The notes under the pieces are model-generated. The model was not told the origin of the DNA and made no database searches. It worked only from the letters and a program-made list of their open reading frames with translations. Of a stretch of DNA of 64,000 bases, positions 26,851-39,440 are shown in pieces. A program made the position numbers and the translations under genes. Position 1 is the first letter of the stretch. Each line of letters opens with the position of its first letter. The DNA lies in contig NC_068986.1 in NCBI RefSeq assembly GCF_001194135.2, positions 13,367,033 to 13,431,032 of the forward strand. The letters run 5' to 3'. The stretch is from Octopus bimaculoides. Its lineage: Eukaryota.

Positions 26851-27756
26851 TGGTATGTATATATATATATATATATCGATGTATGTGCCATTGTGGTGCG
26901 TTTAACTCCCACCACCACTACTTGACAACTGGTGCTGGTTTGTTTATGTCCCTTAACTTAGCAGTTTGGCAAAAAGAGAAACCCCTAGAGTAAGCACCAG
27001 GCTTTTTAAGCTAGTAGTCTAGTACTATAACAACTAAGGACTGGAGTTGATTTGTTTGACTGAACCTTTCAAGGCGGTGCCCCAGCATGGCCACAGTCTA
27101 ATGACAGAAACAAGTAAAAGGAAACAAAAAAGAGAAAGATCATCATCATCATCCTCATTATCATTTAATGTCCACTTTCCATGCTGGCATGGGTTGGACG
27201 GTTTGACTGAAAACTGATAAGCCGAGGGGCTGCACCAGGGTCCAGTCTGATTTGGCATGGTTTCTGCAGTTGGGTGCCCTTCCAAATGCCAACCACTTTA
27301 CAGAGTGTACTGGGTGATTTTTTAAGTGCCACTGGCATCGGCTACAGCTACAATCTCACTCAGCTTGGCAAGTCTACACAAGCACGGTATATCGGTATAT
27401 CGCCAGGTCTCAGTCACCTGTCACTGCCTCTGTGCAGAGCAATGCTTGAATGGTGCTTTTTATATGCCACCAACACAGGTGCCAGTCAGATGGCACTGGT
27501 ATCGGCCACGACTACAATTTCACATGGCTTGACATGTCTTCTATACACACACACACACACACCTATATATATANNNNNNNNNNNNNNNNNNNNNNNNNNN
27601 NNNNNNNNNNNNNNNNNNNNNNNNNNNNNNNNNNNTATGTATATATATATATCCTTGTTACTACCCAGACCCATTTCATTTGGTACCTATCCTTCATTCT
27701 TAATACTTTCCTTCCCACCTACTTTTTATATTAATCATAATCAATATCAACCACAA

Positions 27757-27803
<47 letters not shown>

Positions 27804-29056
27804 CTATTTACTGTGCCATTGTTACTATTCTGCTGATCTTCACACCTCCTTTTGTTTGCAGTCAGTCATTTCCTACTCTCACCCACAAACTCATCTATAT
27901 CTCCACTCTCCAACCCTTATCCCCCCCCACCCACTGCAACCATCCCTCACCCCTTAATCTTCCCTACTTATCAACCTTTAAACCTATTCATCATTCATTT
28001 TCACACTTAATCCATTCCCCATCTATCACTCTCCTACACTCTGACATGTGAGGGGCATGGCTTAATGGTTAGAGCACTGGGCTCGCATTCGCAGAGTCAC
28101 GTGTTTGATTCCAAGCAGTGCATTGCATCCTTGGGCAAGACATTTCATTTCACGTTGCTCCAGTCCACTCAGCTGGCAAAAATGAGTTATACTTCTAATT
28201 CAAAGGAACCAGCATTGTCATATTCTGTTCGACACTGAATCTCTCAAAGAACTATGTTAAGGGTATGCGTGTCAGTGGAGTACTCAGCCATTTGCATGTT
28301 AACTTCACAACCTGGCTGTTCTGTTGATTGGAACAACTGAAACACTTGTCGTCATGACCAACAGAATACCAGTCATACTTTTACAACCTCAACGCACCCA
28401 CATTCCTTGTTCCCGTCCCCTAAATCATTTCTACTCACCTTCTAGTACCTTGAGAGTTCAACCCTAACCCCTTGTAGTACCTTGAGAGTCCATCTTGATA
28501 CCTTGTTATCACTATTCATCTCTAATCCATTTCTACCCTGGTCCCTCTCCTATAATGTGAGTAGCCATGTAGTTCTTCCAAAGCAAGAAACCTATTCTAT
28601 TCTGATCCCTTCTCTCTTACAGGCTACTCAACCTGAAGGAAATTCTAAATGGGCCCCACCTGCCAGGTCATGCGCTGTTTATCTTGATATGAGATCACCA
28701 TGTCATGCACATATGGTTGTGATGCATGTGCCTGGTGTACCCTTATCAGACGGGTAGTCATGATGGGTATATTGGGCTTTGTCTATTTGCACCCCAGTGT
28801 CACTTTGATGGCATGCACTGCTCTCTCACTCAATAATAATAATAATTCTTTCTACTGGAAGCACAAGGTCTCAAATTTGGGGGCAGGGATTAAGTCAATT
28901 ACATTGACCCCAGTACATAACTGGTACAAATTTATCGACCCCGAAAAGATGAAAGGCAGAGTTGACCCCAGTGACATTTGAACTCAGTACATGAAGACAG
29001 ACGAACTACTGCTAAGCATTTCGCCCGGTGTGCTAACGATCTTGCCAGCTTGCAGC

Positions 29057-29108
<52 letters not shown>

Positions 29109-29173
29109 TAATAATAATAATGGTTTCAAATTTTGTCATAAGGCCAGCAATTTTGTGGTACAGGGGATAACCA

Positions 29174-29457
29174 CATTATTTACATTTGACGGATATTTGC
29201 CTTCATCTTGTTTGTTGTTAACACGTTTCAGCTGATATACTCTCCAGCCTTCGTCTAGGGGAAATTTCGAACCTGGGTTCTCATTCCTAAGGTATATTTC
29301 AACGTCGGCGTCGGCGGCAGCAGGCGCGTCATCGTCATCGTCATCAGCGGCGGCGGTGGCGGTCTCATTAATCAGGTTACTGCCTGGAATTGAACTCGGA
29401 ATCTTGCGTTTAGTAGCCCGCGCTCTTAACCACTACGCCATATGCCCGTGGGCATAC
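29174..29457 (-). mobile_element. Family B element with GC-rich internal microsatellite
   Basis: Same head and tail as other copies. Flanked by ggggataa at 29163-70 and 29458-65, inserted in another SINE. Confidence 0.75.
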
Positions 29458-30140
29458 GGGGATAATCAGTTGCATTGACTTTGGTGCTCACCTGGCACTA
29501 CTGACACGCAAAAGACGAAAAGCAAAGCTGATATCAGTGGGATTTGAACTCAGACCTTAAAGAGCCAGAAGAGATGCTGCTAAGCATTTGGTCCAAATAA
29601 TAACAGATTTTTTTCAATTGCCTCATGGGTATCAGATGAGAATGGGGACAGATAATAATTGCTTCTAAGAGAGGCACAAAGCCTGAAATTTTTTGAAGGG
29701 AAGAAAGGGGCAGTTAGCCAATTATATTGACCCAGCATTTGACAGGTACTTTTATTTTACTGACCCTAAAAAAAAAAAAAATTAAAAGAATAAAAATCAA
29801 CTTCATACTGGATTTGTAGTTCAATCAAGTACGCCCCATCCTCCCCCCCCCCAAAAAAAAACGAAACGTGACCTTTGAGCCAACGTCATTACCAACATTA
29901 TCAGCTGTATTAGGAGCTAGGTCAGTACGCCATGCTGACAGCTCAGCGTCGAGATGCAACGAGACGAGCAATTAATGACTTATAAAAGAACACATGTAAC
30001 AATTAGCTCTTATTAACCAAACTAATTCCCTTCATTATCGCCGTTTAGACACCCAGCCTAGCTCCTTCTTCCTTGCACCCATCACTATCTCTTACGCGAC
30101 ACTATCTTTTTTCACTCTTTTTAACCTTGTAGATAGAAGT

Positions 30141-30520
30141 TTGTCCTGCCATCTATCTATCTCTGTCTATTTATCTGTCTATCTCTATCTATCTATATGG
30201 CTGTCTCTCTCTCTCTCTCTCTCTCTGTCTATCTCTATCTATCTATATGGCTGTCTCTCTCTCTCTATCTCTATCTCTATCTATCTATCTCTGTCTATCT
30301 ATCTGCCTGTCTGTCTCTCTGTCTCTCTCTATCTCTATCTATCTCTCTATCTATCTATCTATCTATCTATCTGTCTCTCTGTCTGTCTCTCTGTCTATCT
30401 ATCTATCTATGTCTATCTATTTATCTATCTATCTATCTCTCTATCTATCTATCTGTCTCTCTGTCTGTCTCTCTGTCTATCTATCTAAATCTATCTATCT
30501 AAATCTATCTATCTATCTAT
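30141..30520. repeat. Compound (TCTA)/(TCTG)/(TC) microsatellite
   Basis: Directly visible. Similar arrays at 36480-36845, (CA)n 8636-8735, (TA)n 16415-16488 and (AAT)n 29060-29120. Confidence 0.95.
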
Positions 30521-31088
30521 GCTGTTTGATATAAACATCATTACAAACCAACTAGGGAGCCTCTATGTGGTCTCTCAATCTGCCAGAAATAATAACCAGA
30601 CCTTCTTCAAAAGTCACACATTACCTTTAAAAGAAAGGTGAGGAAAGGACACTTCATATAATTCAAATCTGGGTAACCCTAAAATGATGACAAAACAATC
30701 ACCAGTGGAAAACTCGTCGTGGAAATGGTGGAAAGCAGGCGTTCAACTTTTTGGCTCATGTGTAAGCTTTTAGTGTCAAACGCACCTTTTTCTTAACCTC
30801 AGCCCCATAGACCTCAGGGCACCCCTAGGATATAAAAGCCATTTCTAATACTGGACCATATACATCAAGCTTCCCAATCACATGGTTCCAAGTTCAATCT
30901 GAGTGGCACCTTGGGCAGGTGTCTTCTACGGTGGCCTGAGAATGTTAAATGATGATGATGATGATGGTATATATACAATGGGTTTCTTTCAGTTTCCATC
31001 TACCATATTTATTCACAAGGCTTTGGTTGGCCCGAGGCTATAGTAGAAGACACTCGCCCACAGTCACTCCTGATTCTTGAATTTTGTA

Positions 31089-31142
<54 letters not shown>

Positions 31143-32333
31143 AAGGAGGGCACACTCAGGGATGCAGCTTTGTTTATTGATTGAAATAACAAAGGATTGT
31201 GGAAAGCATTCTGTGATACTTTGGCAAATTTTACTATAAAGTCTGTCAGATGTGGCAACTATGAAAACATAAGATCCGGATTCTGAGGAAACCTGTGGTG
31301 ATTTTGTGTTGATATGAGTGGAAAAGCTATGTAGTATATCGAGTTAATAGCCTAATTAACAAAATTGAACCACCAAAAGGAAATACCTCAAAAGGGATCC
31401 ATTAATGTAGCATGTCTTTTCTCCATGCCATTCCAACATCTATGCAGCTACTGCACCAAACTGAGTGCAGTTGTAACCAATCCATGCATGCGACAAATAT
31501 TGCATTTTACTGCTGTAAAGTTTTCATCTTCTTCCCACGTGTGTCTGGCATATCCATGATGAAGCCTCCCCTGCTTTCTTCTTCAGTTTTCAAATAACCG
31601 TAATGCTGTGCTCCTTAAATTCAGCACCAGCTAGGTAGGAGGACAAGTGAATTGAGATACAACCCGCCCTAACTGGAACCAATGTACACTGCCATCATCA
31701 CATTTCCATAAGACCTTCATATCCGTGTGGCCTTTCTCTCGTGTCTCAACCCCACATTGCCTTCTTACAAGAGACCAACACGGCAATTAAAATCGTTTTT
31801 TTTGGCAAGTCTGACCATGTGATAAAGCCAGAGTGTTGCTTCGTTTATTTACAATATGGCTTAGGAACATTATACCAACATTAGAATAAAAGTTATTGAT
31901 TTCTTTTGATTTGGCACCTGGCCAATAAATATTTGTATGGGAGGACAATAGCACAATAAACTGACAACAGTTTTTAGTTACTTATACTTAATTTATCATG
32001 GATGCAAAGTGGCCATGTGGTCAACAAATTCACTTCACAATCACAAGGTTCCAGTTTCAAACTCACTATGTAGCATCTTGGGTAAATGTCATTTTCTAAA
32101 ATCTTTGGTGAACCCATACCTTGCAGGTGGAATTGTGTAAGTGGAAATTGTAGAGAAGCCCACCGAGTGGATATATCATTTATCTTTTTTCAGTCATTGG
32201 ACGGCTGCCATGCTGGGGCACTGCCTTGAAGAATTTTAGCCAAATGGATTGACACCAGGACTTATATTTTTATGCTTAGTACTTACTCTATTGGTCTCAG
32301 ACAAACACAGACACAAAAACACATATATATATC

Positions 32334-33087
32334 AAACCAAAATAAGCATCATGATATCAAGAGGTGATGCAGTACAACCGTTTCAAGTGGCTCCGTTTAA
32401 TTGAACAATACAATCATTACATCAATTTAAATGCCGGGCTATCCTCAGCTGCATAAATAAATAGAATTTTTAATCAGTTGGACACATTGACATAATTTTA
32501 TTCAAATTCTCTAATAGAGCAAGAAGAAGGAAAAAGTCCATGTTGCTACTAATGTAACTCAGAATAAACTACACTTCTAAGAACTGTATGAAGTTTGTTA
32601 GGGTCATAGCTTGTAAAGGATTGTGGTTCATTTTAATTTATTAGTTTTTTTTCCTAAAATCCAGACAATATTTATGACCACACCCAACTATAAACTGTTA
32701 ACTCACTCTGTCTATCCATTCTAAACAGAGACTGTCCCCTAGCCTTAGATTTGGTAGTTGATAAAAAAAAAAGACCAATAAATTAAAAGTGAACCACAAT
32801 CCTTTACATGCTATGACCCTAACAAACTTCATACAGTTCTTAGAAATGTAGTATATTCTGAGTTACATTAGTAGCAACATGGACTTTTTCCCTCTTCTTG
32901 CTCTATTAGAGAATCTGAGTAAATTTATATTAACGTGTCCAACTGATTAAAAATTCCTATTTATTTATGCAGCTGAGGATAGCCCTGCATTTAAATTGAT
33001 GTAATAATTACATTGTTCAATTAAATGGAGGCGCTTGAAATGGTCATACTGCATTACCTCTTGATACCCTGTTGCTTATTTTGATTT
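32334..33087. repeat. Long imperfect inverted repeat (foldback element)
   Basis: ~320-bp arms (32334-~32652 and ~32763-33087) read as reverse complements, e.g. gggctatcctcagctgcataaataaatag / ctatttatttatgcagctgaggatagccc. Loop ~110 bp. Confidence 0.9.
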
Positions 33088-34050
33088 TATTCACCTTATT
33101 CTGACTTGTACAGATAATACTGCACTGGCTTGGTGCTTCAACTTAAATACCTAATTCAACTGAATCTCAATTATTTCTTATATATATAAAAAATGCGGAG
33201 TAGATGGAACAGGGACAACTGACAAAGGGGTATACTCTTTATGTTGCATGTCTCATTTCTCTGCTTTTTTCGTTGTTCGAAAAAAGTTTGTTTTCTGTTT
33301 TCGTTTTTATGTTTTCGTTTCTCATTGGGTTTAACGTTTTTTTATGTCCTGTACCCATATATGCATGTATATATACATATATATGTAGGTATGTACATAT
33401 ATGTATGGATATATGCATATATTTATATATTATTTATCATCATCATCATCGGGCTTCTTTCAGTTTCCATCTACCAGATCCACTGAAAAGGCTTTGGTGA
33501 GCCCAAGGTTATAGACAGCAGAAGACACTTGCCAAAGAAGACAGGTGCTATGCAGTGGGACTGAACCCAGAACCATGTGGTTGGGAAGCAAACTTCTTAC
33601 TACAAAGCCATGCCTACCTGTAAATCAAAAAGTAAACCCACATCACACAACAAGTCATGCTGATCCTGCTTGAGAATTACATTAAGGGGTACACGTGTCT
33701 GGAATACTCATCTGCTACTTGTACGTAAATTCAGGAGGAGATGATTCAGTTGATCATCAAAGAATGTAGATCCAGCCGCTTATTTTACGGGTGCTAAAAC
33801 GATTAAAATGCAGACCCCCACAGAAATTTGAAGTTGGAACCTAGAGGTAACACAACTAACTACATACAACTTATTACACCATGTAAAACAATTAACCAAT
33901 ATTTATTTATTTTTCTTTCCATTTCATCTCTATATCATAGAAAACCCATTTTTTTTAAAGAAAAATAAAAGACAAATGACAAATTTATATATATCAGTAA
34001 TCAGATAAATTTTGTATACATTCATGTATATATAATGATGGATAGATAGA

Positions 34051-34088
<38 letters not shown>

Positions 34089-34320
34089 AAGGTGGCGAGC
34101 TGGCAGAAACGTAAGCGCGCCAGGCGAAATGCTTAGCAGTATTTCGTCTGCTGTTATGTTCTGAGTTCAAATTCCACCGAGGTCGACTTTGCCTTTCATC
34201 CTTTCAGGGTCAATAAATTAAGTACCAGTTACGCACTGGGGTCAATGTAATCGACTTAATCCCTTTGTCTGTCTTTGTTTGTCCCATCTATGTTTAGCCC
34301 CTTGTGGGCAATAAATAAAT

Positions 34321-34369
<49 letters not shown>

Positions 34370-34911
34370 NNNNNNNNNNNNNNNNNNNNNNNNNNNNNNN
34401 NNNNNNNNNNNNNNNNNNNNNNNNNNNNNNNNNNNNNNNNNNNNNNNNNNNNNNNNNNNNNNNNNNNNNNNNNNNNNNNNNNNNNNNNNNNNNNNNNNNN
34501 NNNNNNNNNNNNNNNNNNNNNNNNNNNNNNNNNNNNNNNNNNNNNNNNNNNNNNNNNNNNNNNNNNNNNNNNNNNNNNNNNNNNNNNNNNNNNNNNNNNN
34601 NNNNNNNNNNNNNNNNNNNNNNNNNNNNNNNNNNNNNNNNNNNNNNNNNNNNNNNNNNNNNNNNNNNNNNNNNNNNNNNNNNNNNNNNNNNNNNNNNNNN
34701 NNNNNNNNNNNNNNNNNNNNNNNNNNNNNNNNNNNNNNNNNNNNNNNNNNNNNNNNNNNNNNNNNNNNNNNNNNNNNNNNNNNNNNNNNNNNNNNNNNNN
34801 NNNNNNNNNNNNNNNNNNNNNNNNNNNNNNNNNNNNNNNNNNNNNNNNNNNNNNNNNNNNNNNNNNNNNNNNNNNNNNNNNNNNNNNNNNNNNNNNNNNN
34901 NNNNNNNNNNN

Positions 34912-34962
<51 letters not shown>

Positions 34963-35071
34963 CACATACATACACATACATACATACATATACATACAAA
35001 ATTAACAAAACAGGTGCATATACAATACATACATATATACATACACATGCACACACATATATGTATATGCA

Positions 35072-35123
<52 letters not shown>

Positions 35124-35663
35124 TCATTTGGCTCCTCTCACATGCAGTATCTTTACAATCTGGCAAAAGAAACCAACCAATTTTATTCAAAAAGCTTCAT
35201 TCGATTGGAATTAAAGAAGGACGTGAATGGAATTAAGAGATTTTTGTTTTTTTCTTTTTTGAATATTTTCAAGCAGTGTAGCAGACACAAATCCAAAGGC
35301 CCAGTCTTCAGTGATGTGACAGTGCTAATTTTACATACATGCCTTAGTATGAAACACTAAACATAAGCGTACACACATATAAATACACACACACACACAC
35401 ACACACACGTCTGTGTGTGTGTATATGTGTCTATATACATACATACATACATCCGTGTATTTCAGTAACTATATAAACACCTACATATGTATTGGCTTTA
35501 AAATCATATTTTATATATGCAATATATGCGAGAAACTAATAAATTAAAAATTTAAAGATGTTAAATTTTATAAACTTTGCACACAAACATATTATAAATA
35601 TGTATGAGTATATATATATGTATATAAAAATTTAAGGAATGGAGAAAACGCATGTTATAATTG

Positions 35664-35762
35664 CATACTTTATTCCTACATATGTTTCAAAGGATTACAA
35701 CCTATGTGATCCATAGGGATCTGTCATGTTAAAATTGTAACCTTCTCTTCAGGGAATGTATG
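35664..35762 (-). ncRNA. Type I hammerhead ribozyme motif, family A copy 2
   Basis: On the minus strand: attcc-CUGAAGA-gaaggttac...gtaatccttt-GAAA-cauaug-UA-ggaat, with a catac/gtatg stem I extension. GUA triplet. Confidence 0.8.
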
Positions 35763-36600
35763 GGAATCATCTTAAACGTAAGACATTATGACCGAGTATG
35801 AAAACAATAGATGGATAAGGTTATGACGTGATTCATTTGAAAAAAACCGTTAGAGAACTGGACGCTAACGGATAGTGGGTNNNNNNNNNNAAGGAGTTCC
35901 TGCCTTAAAAACAGGAACTACACCACAGTTATTTTGTGTTCTTTGCTACATTGGTTTCTATTAACCCATTTATTCTATCCGAAGAATTTTTATTCATTAA
36001 GATAGAAGAAATACATATAATTAAATATATATATATATAGTATACAAGTGCATATATATATATTCAGCCCTAAAGACACACACACCCAAAGCATGTGGCC
36101 TGCAAATTTGCTGGGTTTTGGAAGATAAAAAAGTAAGCATCATAACATATATACATACACACACACACACACACACACATATAGCTATGTTAAATGATGA
36201 TGGTGCTGATGACCACCACCCATGAGAAATGGGTGATGTGTGTGTGTATATATATATGTGAATGTAGACATTCAGCCACCTGTCATTGCAGCAATATAAT
36301 TATAATTATTGTTGCACAACAGAACCATTAGTGCCCCGAGTAGTGATGCTAATGGTGTTAGCAGGCTAACATAGGATTGTGGCAAAAACTTGCTTGGAAT
36401 GGTTGGGACTCTGGTCGTCTCATTCCTTCTCCCAACAGATATCAGAAACTAGCCCTGGGTATAACCACACACACACACATCTGTCTATCTATCTAGCTAT
36501 CTATCTTTATAGACAGACAGACAGACAGATAGACAAATAGATAGATAGATAGATAGACCGATGGATAGACCGATGGATAGAGAGATAAACAGACGGATAG

Positions 36601-36631
<31 letters not shown>

Positions 36632-37957
36632 TAAAGAGAGAGATGGATGGACAGACATACATACATACAGACAGACAGACAGACAGGCAAGCAGGTAAAC
36701 AGACAGACAGATAGATAGATAGATAGAGAGAGAGAGAAAGATAAAGAGAGAGATGGATGGACAAACATACATACAGACAGACAGACAGGCAGGCAGGTAA
36801 ACAAACAGACAGATAGATAGATAGATAGATAGATAGACAGACAGGTGTATATATGTGTGTACATGTATACATGTGTATATATATATAACAGGAGGGTGTA
36901 AGTATATACATGTATGGCTATCTTTATGTACATGTATGTATACACACACACCATAAATAATGTCCATCACGTATGGAGGCGTGTGTTCGTACGTGGTAGC
37001 TGCTGTTTAACCACAGGTCAGCCCGACATCCAAGAGACGTATGATCAAAAACATTCCAGCCGCGACCATCGTTCCGTTTGTTATTAATGTATAGAACAAC
37101 CATTATATCTCATGTGTCCTTCCTTTAAGACAACAAACAACCAGGGTGATACGAGAGGGTTTTAGCTGTTATTTCGAGCGACCACATGTAGGGGACCTCT
37201 AAGGGTTGTTCGAGAATATCTTATTACTAGGGCCAGAACCAACATTTCGAACAGTTCTGTTCTTTTGTAGAGCAGAAGGTGGGTGCTCAAATCACTGTAA
37301 TCGACACCCAATCAATATAAAATCGATAATTTATTTATCGATCTCAATGAAATGAACGGCAAATCCTCCCTCCCTCTTACACACATTTATATATGTTTAT
37401 ATATGTGAAAAAACTACTATGAAACCGTTACGGTTGAACTGACAGCTTGTAAATGAAGCATATTATAAAACATTGGCAGAATCGTTAGAGCGCCGGCGAA
37501 TAAAAATGCTTTGCAGTAAACGTTCTTCCGGCTGTAAACGTTCTGAGTTCGAATTCCGCCAAAAACACATTTGACTTTCATTCTTCCAGGGATCGATAAA
37601 ATAAAGTACCTGACCTGTGGTAGGGGTCAAGGGTATCGACTAAGCTCCTATGCGATAAAATTGCAGGTTTTGTGTCTAAATTAGAAACAGTTATTTTATA
37701 AAAGAGCCCCCCACACACACACACACACAATACCGACCTGACCATAATATCAACATCGGGTGGGGGTGTCTTAGCTTTGACGACCCTAAATTCAAACTGA
37801 TCTTTTAATACAGTCATATATGTGTATGCGCGCGTGTGTGTGTGTGTATGGCTGTGTGTGTCTTTGAATATGTATGTGTGTATGCATTTATCTAAGTCCA
37901 TATGTACAGTAAGTATATTTATATACATCCATATAAACACACATACACCCTACACAC

Positions 37958-38031
<74 letters not shown>

Positions 38032-38302
38032 CCATATTAAAAGGCTGATTTGAATTGAATTTCCTGTTGTAAAAGTGATAATACCCACAACGGGCACAAA
38101 TTCACTAACTCTTTGCCAAAGAGTGAGAGACAGATTGAGAGACATTATAGAAAGATTCCTAAATTTGTAATAGTTAGGGTGGAGACCAAATCACACACAC
38201 ACGCTTAGACAGACAGATAGATGAAGACATGGAAATGTCCATGCTTTCATACCACCCCCACCAACAACAGAAGAACTGATGTACAAAGAACACAAGACTT
38301 AC

Positions 38303-38353
38303 CTGCACCAATTCGCTAATACTGACGGGTGGTCGCTTGTTCTCTGCTGCCAT
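38303..38353 (-). CDS. Probable first coding exon of an unidentified gene transcribed leftwards
   Basis: attATGG start context, an in-frame TAA upstream, 17 open codons MAAENKRPPVSISELVQ, and a perfect CAG|GTAAGT donor (phase 0). Lies in unique, CpG-containing sequence. No downstream exon identified with confidence. Confidence 0.55.
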
Positions 38354-38577
38354 AATCCTTCCTCGGGTGTTTTGTTTGTTTGTAAATATACCACGAATGA
38401 ATTACTCTTAAATACCGGGCAGTTTATTAGAATATATTATTATCATTTATCATTATTATCGTCAGTTGGAATATATTATCAAATATCGCTGACCATTTTA
38501 AAACTGTACAGTGTGCATCGTTATTTATATTAATATCGTTATAAATCCAATACAGCAAACATATAGATACACATCAT

Positions 38578-38625
<48 letters not shown>

Positions 38626-39049
38626 TGTATATGCACACGTGTCTTGCTCAAGCTACTACAATGCCATTGAGTTTAAATATTTGGCAACAACGAGGAACCC
38701 GTATCAAAATTTCATGTGTTTGCCATCCCAAATTAACCACTAACATTCTTTATCATCATGCTTGTTATTATCATTTAATTAATTCTGTTAACGTTTATAA
38801 TGACAACGATAACAGTAATGATGATAATAATAATGACTGTGTTGATGATAATAAATACATTAACTTAATATTGCAGTGTTGTGTTGTGTTGTGTGTGGCT
38901 TGCATTGGCTTTGGTGACCGATTCAGTCTTTCAAAACTCTCTCTCTGTCTGACTGTGTGTGTTTACAAAAGAGAAATCCTGCGGAAGACAAAATACAGCC
39001 GACACTTCCTTCTTTGTTATCTGCTACCTCCTTTGCTTCGCTTTCCAAT

Positions 39050-39440
39050 TTTCTTCAAATATTAATGTTTTTTTTGTAATCGTCTGGTCTTTCCGTCGTC
39101 TGGTTTACTGTTACTTATCGTCTGGTTTACTGATACTTATCATCTGGTAGTTAATAATTAGTCTGGTTATTGTTAATTATTGACTGGTTATCGTCTGGTT
39201 ATACAATACACATACATTTATGTTATATAATTTTCCTTCGGTTTACTGTGATTTTTAAATTCGTTGCTTCGCTCTTATTTTTCTCCTTTGTCTAAAATGT
39301 CACATTTTCCGCCTTCTGCATTTATATAATAATAGTATTAGTGATTAATATTTGTAATATGAACCCTAAAATGTTCTTAGAAGAATTTAGAATATGTTTG
39401 TTTTGGAATGGGGCGGGAAATGTCACATTTTTCATCACTG
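39050..39440 (-). promoter_or_regulatory. Promoter/5' leader region of the candidate leftward gene
   Basis: Unique non-TE sequence with elevated CpG. GGGGCGGGAAA (GC-box/E2F-like) at 39410-39420, near-palindrome AAAATGTCACATTTT at 39294-39308 repeated at 39418-39432, and a cluster of GTCTG motifs at 39082-39197. Confidence 0.35.

Noticed and set aside
31500-31780. Possible decayed L1/Tx1-like C-terminal coding fragment on the minus strand
   Set aside because: Only vague Cys/His/Trp spacing with stops; not supportable without a search.
34242-35072. Long ORFs in the supplied track (also 1893-2234, 6467-6829, 27274-27957, 30141-30534, 36493-36970)
   Set aside because: Produced by N gaps and microsatellites.
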